A stretch of DNA of 64,000 bases from an uncultured Clostridia bacterium (GTDB lineage: Bacteria > Bacillota > Clostridia > TANB77 > CAG-508). The first letter of the stretch is position 1. Every line of letters starts with the position of its first letter. The DNA lies in the NCBI GenBank assembly GCA_928721565.1, contig OV788638.1, forward strand, positions 1,666-65,665, in the 5' to 3' direction. The notes under the pieces were generated by a model, which saw only the letters and a list, made by a program, of their open reading frames with translations, searched no databases and was not told where the DNA came from. Shown here piece after piece: positions 20,622 through 29,775 of the stretch. A program made the position numbers and the translations under genes.

Positions 20622-21965
20622 TTAGTTATAAGCCGGTATTACATATGAGAATATCGCTTTAAATGATATTGCAATAATTAATAACATTATCATTATAATT
20701 ATAATATTTCTTATTTTTTCTGACTTTATAAATTTTTCTAGCATTGTCTGAATTCCATTTACCACAAAATACATAAATGGTATTATAATTCCCATTATAT
20801 ATCTACCCTGTGGTTGAAAATCACTTGTATATGAATATATAATACTTAAAAGTATTGGTATAATAATTGCTATTACAAAAATATAATTTAAAATATATTT
20901 ACTTTTTTCCTCTTTTTTATAAATAAATAAATCTTTAAATTTTAATAAACATCCAAGTCCTCCTATTGACCAAAGGCTCAAATATGAATAATATATTTTA
21001 TTTGACGTTAATATACTCTGATATCCGAATATTCCCACAAAACTTTTGACTGTTGTCTTAGCCCATGCATCTTCATTTAACATGTGCCAAATGCTTTCAT
21101 TACTACTTTCTGGTGTTTTTCTTACTGATGGCTTATATTGTTCTAAAGCATATTTATCTCCATATTCATTTTGTGTCTTGGTTCCTAATATATCTCCATC
21201 ATAAATTATTGCATTCCTTACAAACCACCAACCAGCAACTGCAAAAGCTACACTTGCTACTATTAAAGCTTTTTTTGCAATTTCTTTTGCATCCATTTTG
21301 TTCAAAACAGCTGAACTTAAGCAAATTAATACACTACATAGAATATATCCATATGCATTGTAATATGTTAAAGCACAAAAACCAACTGCTCCACCTAGTA
21401 ATATACAATGTTTTGTTTTCCAATTGCTTTCCAATCCTAATATCCATAAATAAATTATCATAGATATTGCTAAAATTGCAGTTGAATCATTATTTATATA
21501 CGAAGCTAAAAATGCAGTTATTGGCTGAAATGCAATAAATACTATAAATAAATATTTGTAAATTCCTTTATCTTTAAAAAGTTTATTCGCAATCTTTATT
21601 ACAAAGTATATTGTCAATGTCATACTTATTGTACTTACAAGCCTTGCCGCTACTACTAATGCAAATTGTTGTGTAGTAAAAATTGATGCTATCTTTACAA
21701 ATACTGCACAAATCATATATGTAAGAATTGGTTGAAACGCATACGAAATTCCCCAAGCTGAATCTCGTATACTTTCATCTCTTCCATCTGGTATTGAATT
21801 ATGTTCTGCAATATATTTACAAATATCCCATTTCATTTTTTCGTCTGGGCATGAATTATATGGTTGTGATACTGTCCATATTAAATAATAACAAAATAAA
21901 CCAATTAAAAATATAGCCATTACAATTTTCTTATTTTTTTTGCATATTTCTAAAATTTTATCCAT
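20622..21965 (-). CDS. GT-C fold membrane glycosyltransferase (ArnT/YfhO/PMT-like)
   Basis: 447 aa and more than 10 TM helices. An N-proximal periplasmic loop carries a DE motif (SCPDEKMKWDICKYIAEHNSIP), as in GT-C enzymes that use polyprenyl-phosphate sugar donors. Confidence 0.6.
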   Translation of the reverse strand: MDKILEICKKNKKIVMAIFLIGLFCYYLIWTVSQPYNSCPDEKMKWDICKYIAEHNSIPDGRDESIRDSAWGISYAFQPILTYMICAVFVKIASIFTTQQFALVVAARLVSTISMTLTIYFVIKIANKLFKDKGIYKYLFIVFIAFQPITAFLASYINNDSTAILAISMIIYLWILGLESNWKTKHCILLGGAVGFCALTYYNAYGYILCSVLICLSSAVLNKMDAKEIAKKALIVASVAFAVAGWWFVRNAIIYDGDILGTKTQNEYGDKYALEQYKPSVRKTPESSNESIWHMLNEDAWAKTTVKSFVGIFGYQSILTSNKIYYSYLSLWSIGGLGCLLKFKDLFIYKKEEKSKYILNYIFVIAIIIPILLSIIYSYTSDFQPQGRYIMGIIIPFMYFVVNGIQTMLEKFIKSEKIRNIIIIMIMLLIIAISFKAIFSYVIPAYN

Positions 21966-22908
21966 TGTTAGTTTTTTCTCCCTTTTCCACTTTTTCTATA
22001 ATATATGGTGGTCTTTTTCTTGCTGCATCAAAAGTTCTCCATAAATACTCTCCAAGTATTCCAATTGATAACATTATAATTCCAAATCCCACTAACATAA
22101 TTATAATAATCGATGCATATCCCTCAACATCAATTATTCCTGTCATTTTTTTATAAATTATAATTACCAACCAAATTAGTGCTATAAAAAAGCTTAAAAT
22201 TCCTACTGTAGTTATCATTTTTATAGGAAAATATGAAAAACTTAATAGAGAATCATATACTAATTTGATTTTTTTAGATAATGTCCATCTTGATTTTCCT
22301 ATTTCTCTTTTTTTTCTAACATATGAAACAGTTGATGTTTCAAAACCTGCCCATAAAATTTGACTCATTAATGAAGTATTGCTTTCTTGAATTTTTACTA
22401 AAAAATCTATAACCTGTCTATCTATTAAAAATGAATCAAATCCTCCTTTTGGCATATTGTGTAATGCTAGTTTTCTCATTAAAAATGCATATAAGTTTGA
22501 AAATGCTTTTTGCGTAACAGGCTCATCTCTATCTGCTCGTACAGCTAAAACAACTTTACTTCCTTCAATATATTTTTTAATCATATCTAATATCATTTCT
22601 GATGGCTCTTGCAAGTCAGCAGCTTTCCTTACAGCGCAATCTCCAGTGCATTGAGACAATCCTGCCAAAATTGCAGAATGTTCTCCAAAATTTCTTGATA
22701 ATCTTATTGTTTTTATATTAGAATCAATTTTTGCTAGCTCTTTCATTACTTTATACGAATTATCTTTTGATCCATCATCAACAAATATTAATTCATATTC
22801 TATTCCTTCTGGTAATTTTGTAAGTACTTTTTCCTTTAAGTCAGCATATAATGGCAAAAGATTGTCTTGATTATAATATACTGGAACTACTATTGAAATT
22901 TTTTTCAT
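21958..22908 (-). CDS. GT2 polyprenyl-phosphate sugar synthase (CsbB/ArnC/GtrB-like)
   Basis: 316 aa. GT-A signature SIVVPVYYNQDNL...IFVDDGSKDNS, two C-terminal TM helices, and an 8-nt overlap with the GT-C gene. Confidence 0.85.
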   Translation of the reverse strand: MKKISIVVPVYYNQDNLLPLYADLKEKVLTKLPEGIEYELIFVDDGSKDNSYKVMKELAKIDSNIKTIRLSRNFGEHSAILAGLSQCTGDCAVRKAADLQEPSEMILDMIKKYIEGSKVVLAVRADRDEPVTQKAFSNLYAFLMRKLALHNMPKGGFDSFLIDRQVIDFLVKIQESNTSLMSQILWAGFETSTVSYVRKKREIGKSRWTLSKKIKLVYDSLLSFSYFPIKMITTVGILSFFIALIWLVIIIYKKMTGIIDVEGYASIIIIMLVGFGIIMLSIGILGEYLWRTFDAARKRPPYIIEKVEKGEKTNNG

Positions 22909-22988
22909 ATTTTTATTTCATTTCCCTTCTTTTAATTTTATCACAATATATCAATCACAATATATCAATTTAGTTAAATGCATTTTAT

Positions 22989-25823
22989 TTACGAAATAAA
23001 ATGTTTTAAAAATTTTCCTGTATAACTTTTCTCGTTTTTGCAAATTTGTTCAGGAGTTCCTACAGCAATGACTTCTCCTCCTGCGTCTCCGCCCTCTGGG
23101 CCTAAATCAATTATGTGGTCTGCTGTTTTAATTAAGTCTAAATTGTGTTCAATAACTATAATTGAATTTCCTGTATCTACTAATCTTTGTAGAATATCTA
23201 CCAATCTGTGAACATCTGCAATGTGTAATCCTGTTGTAGGTTCGTCCAAAATATACAAAGTCTTGCCAGTAGCACGTTTAGACAATTCTGTTGCAAGTTT
23301 TACACGTTGTGCTTCTCCACCTGATAATGTTGTTGATGGTTGTCCCAATTTGATATATCCAAGTCCTACATCATATAATGTTTGGATTTTGTTTTTAATC
23401 TTAGGAATATTCTCAAAGAATCCTAATGCCTCTTCTACTGTCATATCTAATACATCTGCAATATTCTTTCCCTTATATTTTACTTCTAGAGTTTCTCTAT
23501 TGTATCTCTTTCCTTTACATACTTCGCAAGGCACATAAACATCTGGTAAGAAGTGCATTTCTATTTTATGAACACCATCACCATTACAACTTTCACATCT
23601 TCCACCAGCAACATTAAAGCTGAATCTGCCTTTAGCATATCCACGCATTTTCGCTTCATTTGTTCCAGCAAATATATCTCTTATTAAATCAAATGCCCCT
23701 GTATATGTTGCAGGATTTGAACGAGGTGTTCTACCTATTGGAGATTGATCAATATTGATGATTTTGTCTATATTATTCAATCCTTTTATTTGCTTGCACT
23801 TTCCTGGTTTTTCACTTGCACCATTTAATTGTTGTGCTATATTTTTATATAAAACTTCATTTACTAGTGTACTCTTTCCAGAACCAGATACACCCGTAAT
23901 ACAAGTAAACACTCCTAATGGAAATTTCACACTAATATTTTTCAAATTGTTTTCTGTTGCTCCAACAACTTCTATACACTTTTTATTTCCTTTTCTTCTT
24001 TTTGATGGTACATGAATCTGCTTTCTGCCACTTAAGTAATCACCTGTAATTGAACCTTTAACTTGCTTGATTTCTTCAGCAGTACCTTGTGCCATAACAT
24101 TTCCACCATGTACACCAGCACCTGGACCAATATCTATAATTTGGTCTGCTGCATACATTGTATCTTCATCATGTTCTACAACAATTAATGTATTTCCTAA
24201 ATCTCTTAATTTTTTTAATGTTGCAATTAACTTGTCATTATCCCTTTGATGAAGCCCTATACTTGGCTCGTCCAAAATATATAAAACTCCTGTTAATCCT
24301 GAACCTATTTGAGTTGCTAAACGAATACGTTGAGCTTCTCCTCCTGATAATGTTCCAGCACTTCTTGATAATGTTAGATATTCTAGTCCAACATCAATTA
24401 AGAATTGAAGTCTTGCATCTACTTCTTTTAAAATCATTTCTGCAATCATTTTTTGAGAATCTGTCAATTCTAGATTTCTCAAGAATTGTTGAATTTGTCT
24501 AATTGACATATCTGTCAACTCATTGATATTTTTTCCTCCAATTTTGATGCACAAAATCTCTTTTTTCAATCTTGCCCCATTACATTCATCACAATGCATA
24601 TTACTCATATACATTTCGTAAAAATCTCTCATGCCTTGAGATTTTGTTTCATTATGACGTCTTTCAAGTGTAGGAATCACACCTTCAAATGGTGCCGTAA
24701 ACTTACGAACTCCAGCATATGATGAATATTCAAAATCGATTTCTTCATCGCCAGTTCCATAAAGAATTTTATCAAGAAAATCTCTAGGCAAATCCTTTAT
24801 TTTCTTATTTTTAATATCAACTCCATAATGTTCTCCAATGCTTTCAAAGTACATTCTTGCCATTGTGTCGCCCTTTTTCATTGTACTTGAACCAAAAGCT
24901 TTTACACCATCATATAAAGTCTTATTTTTATCAGGAATAATTAAATCCTCATCCATTTTCATTAAATATCCTATACCTGAACACTTTGGACAAGCTCCAT
25001 ATGGATTATTAAATGAAAACATTCTAGGTGTTAATTCTGGAAAACTGAAACCACAATCAGGACATGCATAATTACAGCTATATAAAATTGTTTTATTTCC
25101 TACAACATCAATTAAAACCAGATTATCTGCATGTTTTAATGCTACTTCAATTGACTCTGTAAGTCTTGCTGTAATCTCTGACTTGATAACTAACCTATCA
25201 ACAACAATTTCAATTTCATGTTTTTTCTTTTTATCTAGTTTAACATCATCCATTTCTGTTAAATCATATATTTCGCCGTCAACTCGAACTCTTGCAAAAC
25301 CATCTTTTTGTAAATCTTCAAATAGTTTAGTATACTCACCTTTTCTACTGCGAACAACTGGAGCCAAAACTTGTATTCTAGTTCCCTCTTTTAGTTTCAT
25401 AACATTATCAACAATTTGGTCAATTGACTGTTTTTCAATCCTTTTACCACAATTAGGACAATATGGCACACCAACTCTTGCATATAAAAGACGAATATAA
25501 TCGTAAATTTCAGTAACTGTTCCAACAGTAGAACGTGGATTTTTAGAAGTCGTCTTCTGATCAATTGAAATAGCAGGAGAAAGTCCCTCAATAGATTCAA
25601 CATCAGGTTTTTCCATCAATCCCAAAAATTGGCGAGCATATGAAGATAAGCTCTCAACATATCTTCTTTGTCCTTCTGCATACAATGTATCAAAAGCCAA
25701 AGAAGACTTTCCAGAGCCTGAAAGTCCTGTAATCACAACTAGTTTATCCCTTGGTATCTCTAAATTTATATTTTTCAAATTATGTTCTTTTGCACCTTTT
25801 ATTATTATTTTGTCATTCATCAT
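22989..25823 (-). CDS. uvrA: Excinuclease ABC subunit A
   Basis: Start trimmed to the ATGATG preceded by AAAGAGGTG. Two ABC ATPase modules ([18 protein letters not shown]), zinc fingers ([13 protein letters not shown]) and LSGGEAQR signatures. Confidence 0.95.
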   Translation of the reverse strand: MMNDKIIIKGAKEHNLKNINLEIPRDKLVVITGLSGSGKSSLAFDTLYAEGQRRYVESLSSYARQFLGLMEKPDVESIEGLSPAISIDQKTTSKNPRSTVGTVTEIYDYIRLLYARVGVPYCPNCGKRIEKQSIDQIVDNVMKLKEGTRIQVLAPVVRSRKGEYTKLFEDLQKDGFARVRVDGEIYDLTEMDDVKLDKKKKHEIEIVVDRLVIKSEITARLTESIEVALKHADNLVLIDVVGNKTILYSCNYACPDCGFSFPELTPRMFSFNNPYGACPKCSGIGYLMKMDEDLIIPDKNKTLYDGVKAFGSSTMKKGDTMARMYFESIGEHYGVDIKNKKIKDLPRDFLDKILYGTGDEEIDFEYSSYAGVRKFTAPFEGVIPTLERRHNETKSQGMRDFYEMYMSNMHCDECNGARLKKEILCIKIGGKNINELTDMSIRQIQQFLRNLELTDSQKMIAEMILKEVDARLQFLIDVGLEYLTLSRSAGTLSGGEAQRIRLATQIGSGLTGVLYILDEPSIGLHQRDNDKLIATLKKLRDLGNTLIVVEHDEDTMYAADQIIDIGPGAGVHGGNVMAQGTAEEIKQVKGSITGDYLSGRKQIHVPSKRRKGNKKCIEVVGATENNLKNISVKFPLGVFTCITGVSGSGKSTLVNEVLYKNIAQQLNGASEKPGKCKQIKGLNNIDKIINIDQSPIGRTPRSNPATYTGAFDLIRDIFAGTNEAKMRGYAKGRFSFNVAGGRCESCNGDGVHKIEMHFLPDVYVPCEVCKGKRYNRETLEVKYKGKNIADVLDMTVEEALGFFENIPKIKNKIQTLYDVGLGYIKLGQPSTTLSGGEAQRVKLATELSKRATGKTLYILDEPTTGLHIADVHRLVDILQRLVDTGNSIIVIEHNLDLIKTADHIIDLGPEGGDAGGEVIAVGTPEQICKNEKSYTGKFLKHFIS

Positions 25824-25880
25824 TTTCACCTCTTTGTCTCTCAACATTTTTATTATACAATATTTTTATTTTTTTGGCAA

Positions 25881-26004
25881 TGATCATTTGTGATCATTTG
25901 GGATCATTTGGGACCGGTTCTCTTTTGAACAATGTTCATTGAGGACCGGTTCTCTCTTGACCAGTGTTCATTGAGGACCGGTTCTTAAACGAACAAAATG
26001 AACA
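25881..26004. repeat. Array of about 4 tandem units of the 31-bp palindromic repeat (GGACCGGTTC cores at 25911, 25943, 25975) preceded by degenerate TGATCATTTG copies
   Basis: tgttcattgaGGACCGGTTCtct..tgaaca units spaced about 32 bp apart, lying between the uvrA start and the upstream gene's terminator. Confidence 0.85.
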
Positions 26005-26007
26005 TAT

Positions 26008-26048
26008 AAAAAAGCTATTATACTAAAAGATAGTATAATAACTTTTTT
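26008..26048 (-). terminator. Rho-independent terminator of the 26062-27747 gene
   Basis: Perfect 10-bp stem TATTATACTA-aaaga-TAGTATAATA, followed on the minus strand by GCTTTTTTAT. Confidence 0.8.
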
Positions 26049-26061
26049 TGTTTATTAATGT

Positions 26062-27747
26062 CTAGAATATTGTTACCCTAAATCCAATACTCCAATATGC
26101 TTGTGTGCTAGTATTATTGCTCCTACTGTTTACACTAATATCAGTTGAATCACTACTTTCATATGCTCCACCTCTTATAACACAAGGTTGCCTACTAACA
26201 TTTGAATTTTCAAGAGTCCACTCCCATACATTTCCTCCTAAATCAAATATACCTTGTTTTGCAAATCCTACAATTGTTCCTGTTGTTAATAATGTAGACC
26301 CTGCAGCCGATTTATCATATGGTGCCTGCAACCATGTTGAGCCATTGTTTAATGAATATTGAGCACTTGTATTTGAAATATTATATTTGCTTGCTTTATA
26401 ATTTCCCCAATCTGTACTATTTGTCTTTAATTGTGATTGAATTGTTCCTATTGCCGTTCCTTCTGCAACTGATTTTACTTCTATATACTTTTGTACTAAA
26501 TCCCATTGTATACCGAACATTAAACTTCCAGAATGTCCATTTGTACTTGCTTTACTTGCTAATGTTTGAGCTTCTGTACAAGTTACCCAATTTAATGGAT
26601 ATTGATTTGCTTTAGACATTGGCACTAGAGTTGCAGTTGAAGTATTACTGTTTCTCTTTGTATCTGTTCCAGCTTCATATCTAGCTATATAAAATCCTCC
26701 ATTCTGATATACACTCTTTAACATTTTTCGTTTCAATTCGGTATATGCACTATCTGACAATCCTATTGAATTACTAGTCGAATAAGTATCAGTTGCTGAT
26801 GTTCCATTTCTATAAGATGCTGTATATTCTTTTAAATCACTTTCAATCTTTGTATACTCCTCATCCGAAAAATCTTTAATACTTATTCCTGCATTCGGAT
26901 ATACATTTGCTAATCTAGGCACTTCTACCCATACATATTGATTCTCTGAATCATCTTGAATTATCAATCCAGTCTCCAAATTTGTTCCTTCAACTTGTTT
27001 AAATTCTGAGCTTGGCAAATATGGTCTGGTTCCTGGTCCACTTGGCAAATTTCCCGTTCCACCTTGAATTTCCTCATTAGCTTGATAAGAATCAATACTC
27101 AAAGTTATGCTCATTGCAGAAACAGCATCTGGATTATCGTTAAAATATTTTCCTACTATATATCCCCATTGTGAATCCAAATCATCATTATCACCAATCC
27201 AATTGGCAGTTACTTTTAAATACGCCTTATCTTTTGCAGCAACCTGTAAAGAATGTTTTACTTTTAATGAAAACGGAAATCTCGTTGTATCACTAATTAT
27301 TGTTCCAACAGATACAAGTTCTCCAGTTTCTTCATCATTTTCAAGTGTTGGGTTTGATATTATGATATAGTTTTCAGATGTTGGTTGCTTTCCTTCATGA
27401 ACCACTTCATATTGTACGCCTGCTATTGATATTGCCTGTATATCATAACTTAAATCAACTAAAGCTTCACCTTTATTCAATATATCAACTGTTACTGTCT
27501 GTTCTGGCATTTGTGGATATAATGTTGGAAAATCAATTCCTATAGGATTTTCTTTTTTCTCATCTCCAATATAATACTCCATATCCCAAGCAGCCACATG
27601 TATATTCAAATGTGTATTCAATATTTTGGAATATGCCAACCATGCAAATGTAGTCATTATAAGGGCAAAAATAACCAACACATATTTTCGAAATTTATTT
27701 TTTTTATTTTGATTTGATTTTCTGTGTTTACGTAATAAATTCTTCAC
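26062..27747 (-). CDS. Secreted protein with a SipW-cognate-type signal peptide and a C-terminal FGE-sulfatase (SUMF1/DUF323)-like domain
   Basis: The N-terminus has a basic stretch plus TM ending TTFAWLAYSKILNT (YAWF-class motif). The C-terminus has GGNVWEWT...VIRGGAYESS...SIGFRV, the hallmark of the formylglycine-generating-enzyme fold. Confidence 0.6.
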   Translation of the reverse strand: MKNLLRKHRKSNQNKKNKFRKYVLVIFALIMTTFAWLAYSKILNTHLNIHVAAWDMEYYIGDEKKENPIGIDFPTLYPQMPEQTVTVDILNKGEALVDLSYDIQAISIAGVQYEVVHEGKQPTSENYIIISNPTLENDEETGELVSVGTIISDTTRFPFSLKVKHSLQVAAKDKAYLKVTANWIGDNDDLDSQWGYIVGKYFNDNPDAVSAMSITLSIDSYQANEEIQGGTGNLPSGPGTRPYLPSSEFKQVEGTNLETGLIIQDDSENQYVWVEVPRLANVYPNAGISIKDFSDEEYTKIESDLKEYTASYRNGTSATDTYSTSNSIGLSDSAYTELKRKMLKSVYQNGGFYIARYEAGTDTKRNSNTSTATLVPMSKANQYPLNWVTCTEAQTLASKASTNGHSGSLMFGIQWDLVQKYIEVKSVAEGTAIGTIQSQLKTNSTDWGNYKASKYNISNTSAQYSLNNGSTWLQAPYDKSAAGSTLLTTGTIVGFAKQGIFDLGGNVWEWTLENSNVSRQPCVIRGGAYESSDSTDISVNSRSNNTSTQAYWSIGFRVTIF

Positions 27748-27902
27748 GTTTTATTGTATTCTCCCTTCTTTTGTTACTTTATACATTTCTCTTTTGTTTT
27801 TATATCTCTTTTTTTCATTACAATTCATACATTTATATTTTACACTAATTTGATAATTAGCGCAATATTAAATTTAAAAGATTTGCAAATTATCAAATTT
27901 CC

Positions 27903-27968
27903 TGTTCATTTGGGACCGGTTCTCTTTTGAACAATGTTCATTTGGGACCGGTTCTTAAATGATCACTT
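27903..27968. repeat. Two tandem units of the palindromic repeat (cores at 27914 and 27945)
   Basis: tgttcatttGGGACCGGTTCtcttttgaaca a tgttcatttGGGACCGGTTCttaaatgatca. The second unit supplies the last 10 codons and the TGA stop of the bofA-like ORF. Confidence 0.85.
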
Positions 27969-28213
27969 TTAAGATTATTAAAAAAATTGCCCCTGGTATG
28001 CCCAGTAAACCGTACTAAAACTGAAGTAAGTAAATTTAACCCTATATGAAATCCCCATATACCACCAATTAAATTAATAGCATAAATAAGTACTCCTCCT
28101 AAAATTGAATTAAAAACTAACTTCAAAATTTTCTTTATTGGAATTATAAAAATTCTTCCAACGATAAATAAAATACATATACAAGATATTATTATAAGAA
28201 CATTTATGTCCAT
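27938..28213 (-). CDS. bofA: BofA-like small membrane protein (pro-sigma-K processing inhibitor family); C-terminus derived from a repeat unit
   Basis: 91 aa and 2 TM helices. LGGVLIYAINLIGGIWGFHIGLNLLTSVLVRFTG resembles BofA. It is adjacent to a yaaL-like gene, as in the Bacillus yaaL-bofA arrangement. The tail ...KSDHLRTGPK* is encoded by the repeat. Confidence 0.5.
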   Translation of the reverse strand: MDINVLIIISCICILFIVGRIFIIPIKKILKLVFNSILGGVLIYAINLIGGIWGFHIGLNLLTSVLVRFTGHTRGNFFNNLKSDHLRTGPK

Positions 28214-28304
28214 AATATTTTCACCTCAACAATAAAAAATAGTAGCAATAATTACTACTATTTTTATGTTACAATCAGGACAAATATTCTCTATATTTTT
28301 AACA

Positions 28305-28592
28305 TTATCCAGCTATATTCTTGTTGTTAAATATTCTGTTTCTTATTTCATCTATTCTACTAAGCTCAATGCCTTTGTTCTTAGCAATTCTTATTAAATA
28401 ATTTAATTTTGCTTGATTAGCCTTTATTTGATATATATAGTAATCAATCAAATCATCTTCAGCATACTCAAAATTTTTTCTAGAAACTTCCAATATTCTT
28501 TTGGTTTCAATTATTTTTTGTATAATTTCCATTTCTAGTTCTTTATCACTCTTAACTTTCAACATTTTTTCTATCAAATATTCCTCTTGCAT
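28305..28592 (-). CDS. DUF2508/YaaL-like protein
   Basis: 95 aa. NFEYAEDDLIDYYIYQIKANQAKLNYLIRIAKNKG resembles the YaaL family. The synteny with bofA supports the call. Confidence 0.5.
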   Translation of the reverse strand: MQEEYLIEKMLKVKSDKELEMEIIQKIIETKRILEVSRKNFEYAEDDLIDYYIYQIKANQAKLNYLIRIAKNKGIELSRIDEIRNRIFNNKNIAG

Positions 28593-28704
28593 CTTTGTAT
28601 GCCCCTTTCAAAATAAAATTCAATAATCTTTTACTTATAACTTTCCAATATTATTATATGCAATATATAACAAAAATATCCCCTGCGTTCCAAAGCACCA
28701 AAGA

Positions 28705-28768
28705 GCACCAGAAAGAACCGGTCCCAAATGAACATGGGTCAAAAGAGAACCGGTCCCTAATGAACACT
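28705..28768. repeat. Two units of the palindromic repeat (cores GAACCGGTCC at 28715 and 28746)
   Basis: gaaaGAACCGGTCCcaaatgaaca tgggtcaaaagaGAACCGGTCCctaatgaaca, immediately downstream of the cation antiporter gene. Confidence 0.85.
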
Positions 28769-29663
28769 ATGATATTCCCGTAAATAAAACTATTCCTATA
28801 GATTGAATAATAAACAGATTCATCATATTAGACATAAGTAAATTATTTGTTGCTTCAATAACCCCCAACATATCATTATTAGAATTCTTATGATGGTGCT
28901 GTGCTTCAAAAAACGTTATTAGTTCTGGAATACTTGTAACAAATCCAAGTACTATGCCTATAACTATTTCTGGCACACCAAACCTTCTGCATAAAATATC
29001 TAATGTATTACCTAATAAATCTCCTATTATGAATAAAAGTATTCCTGTCACCAATAAAATCATAATATCTTTAAAAATTTTCCATCTTTTGTTTGATTTT
29101 ATATCTTTATCTCTAAACATCTGATTTTTCTCGATATCATTCTTTACTTCATTTTTCTCAGCATAAGGTTCATCTAAATACAATTCATGTGCATTGTTAT
29201 TTATTTTCTTGCATCCCAAGTAAAGTATAATTAATAGAGGAACCATTGCTAGTTGAAACTCACTTTTTACCGCACTAAACATTAATGGCAAAATAATAGT
29301 TATAATAACTAAAGCTATATCTACTTTTATAGCTTGATTTTTTAATGCCTTTTGATTTTTATTTAATGCAATAGATCCTGCATATTGAATCAGGTTGATT
29401 ACATTGGAACTTAATACATTATAGATACTTGCACCTAACAATCCATTCAAACTAGCTGCACCAATTGTTAATAGCTCCGGAACTGAAGTCGCCACACCTG
29501 CAATATCTCCTACCGTTTTTGACTTTAAGTTTAAATTTTCAGCCAAACTTCTTAATGCTCTGACTAATATATATTTAGATATCAAAACTATCAATCCTGA
29601 ATAAACTATGAATTGGACTACTTCCCTTAATAATTCCATGATTTTATCATCACTCCTTAACAT
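28767..29663 (-). CDS. Ca2+/cation antiporter (CaCA, YrbG-like)
   Basis: 298 aa and about 10 TM helices. Two alpha-repeat signatures are present: GVATSVPELLT and GFVTSIPELIT. Confidence 0.75.
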   Translation of the reverse strand: MLRSDDKIMELLREVVQFIVYSGLIVLISKYILVRALRSLAENLNLKSKTVGDIAGVATSVPELLTIGAASLNGLLGASIYNVLSSNVINLIQYAGSIALNKNQKALKNQAIKVDIALVIITIILPLMFSAVKSEFQLAMVPLLIILYLGCKKINNNAHELYLDEPYAEKNEVKNDIEKNQMFRDKDIKSNKRWKIFKDIMILLVTGILLFIIGDLLGNTLDILCRRFGVPEIVIGIVLGFVTSIPELITFFEAQHHHKNSNNDMLGVIEATNNLLMSNMMNLFIIQSIGIVLFTGIS

Positions 29664-29706
29664 CTTTGGGACTTACACCTATTATTTACAAATTATGTGA
29701 TTTTTA

Positions 29707-29735
29707 TTGATATTTATTGATTTTTGTTATATAAT
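29707..29735 (+). promoter_or_regulatory. Sigma-A-type promoter for serS
   Basis: TTGATA-17 nt-TATAAT, about 40 nt upstream of the serS ATG. There is no room for a T-box leader. Confidence 0.55.
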
Positions 29736-29775
29736 ATCAACATTAATATATACTTTTAGAAAGGAATTGATAAAT

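Noticed and set aside
25881-26004. Tandem 31-32-bp repeats looked briefly like a small CRISPR array
   Set aside because: The intervening 'spacers' are part of the same conserved palindromic unit and are near-identical between copies. There are only 3-4 units, no cas genes are present, and the same unit occurs singly and inverted elsewhere.
25881-26004. TGTTC...GAACA arms of the repeat as a LexA (Cheo) box
   Set aside because: The Gram-positive SOS box is GAAC-N4-GTTC with the half-sites in the opposite order. Here the arms are 19 bp apart and flank a GC core.
28595-28783. 62-aa plus-strand ORF containing KEPVPNEHGSKENRSL
   Set aside because: It is simply a read-through of two palindromic repeat units, which translate as REPVPNE-like peptides in this frame. 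No RBS is present, and it overlaps the antiporter gene's 3' end.
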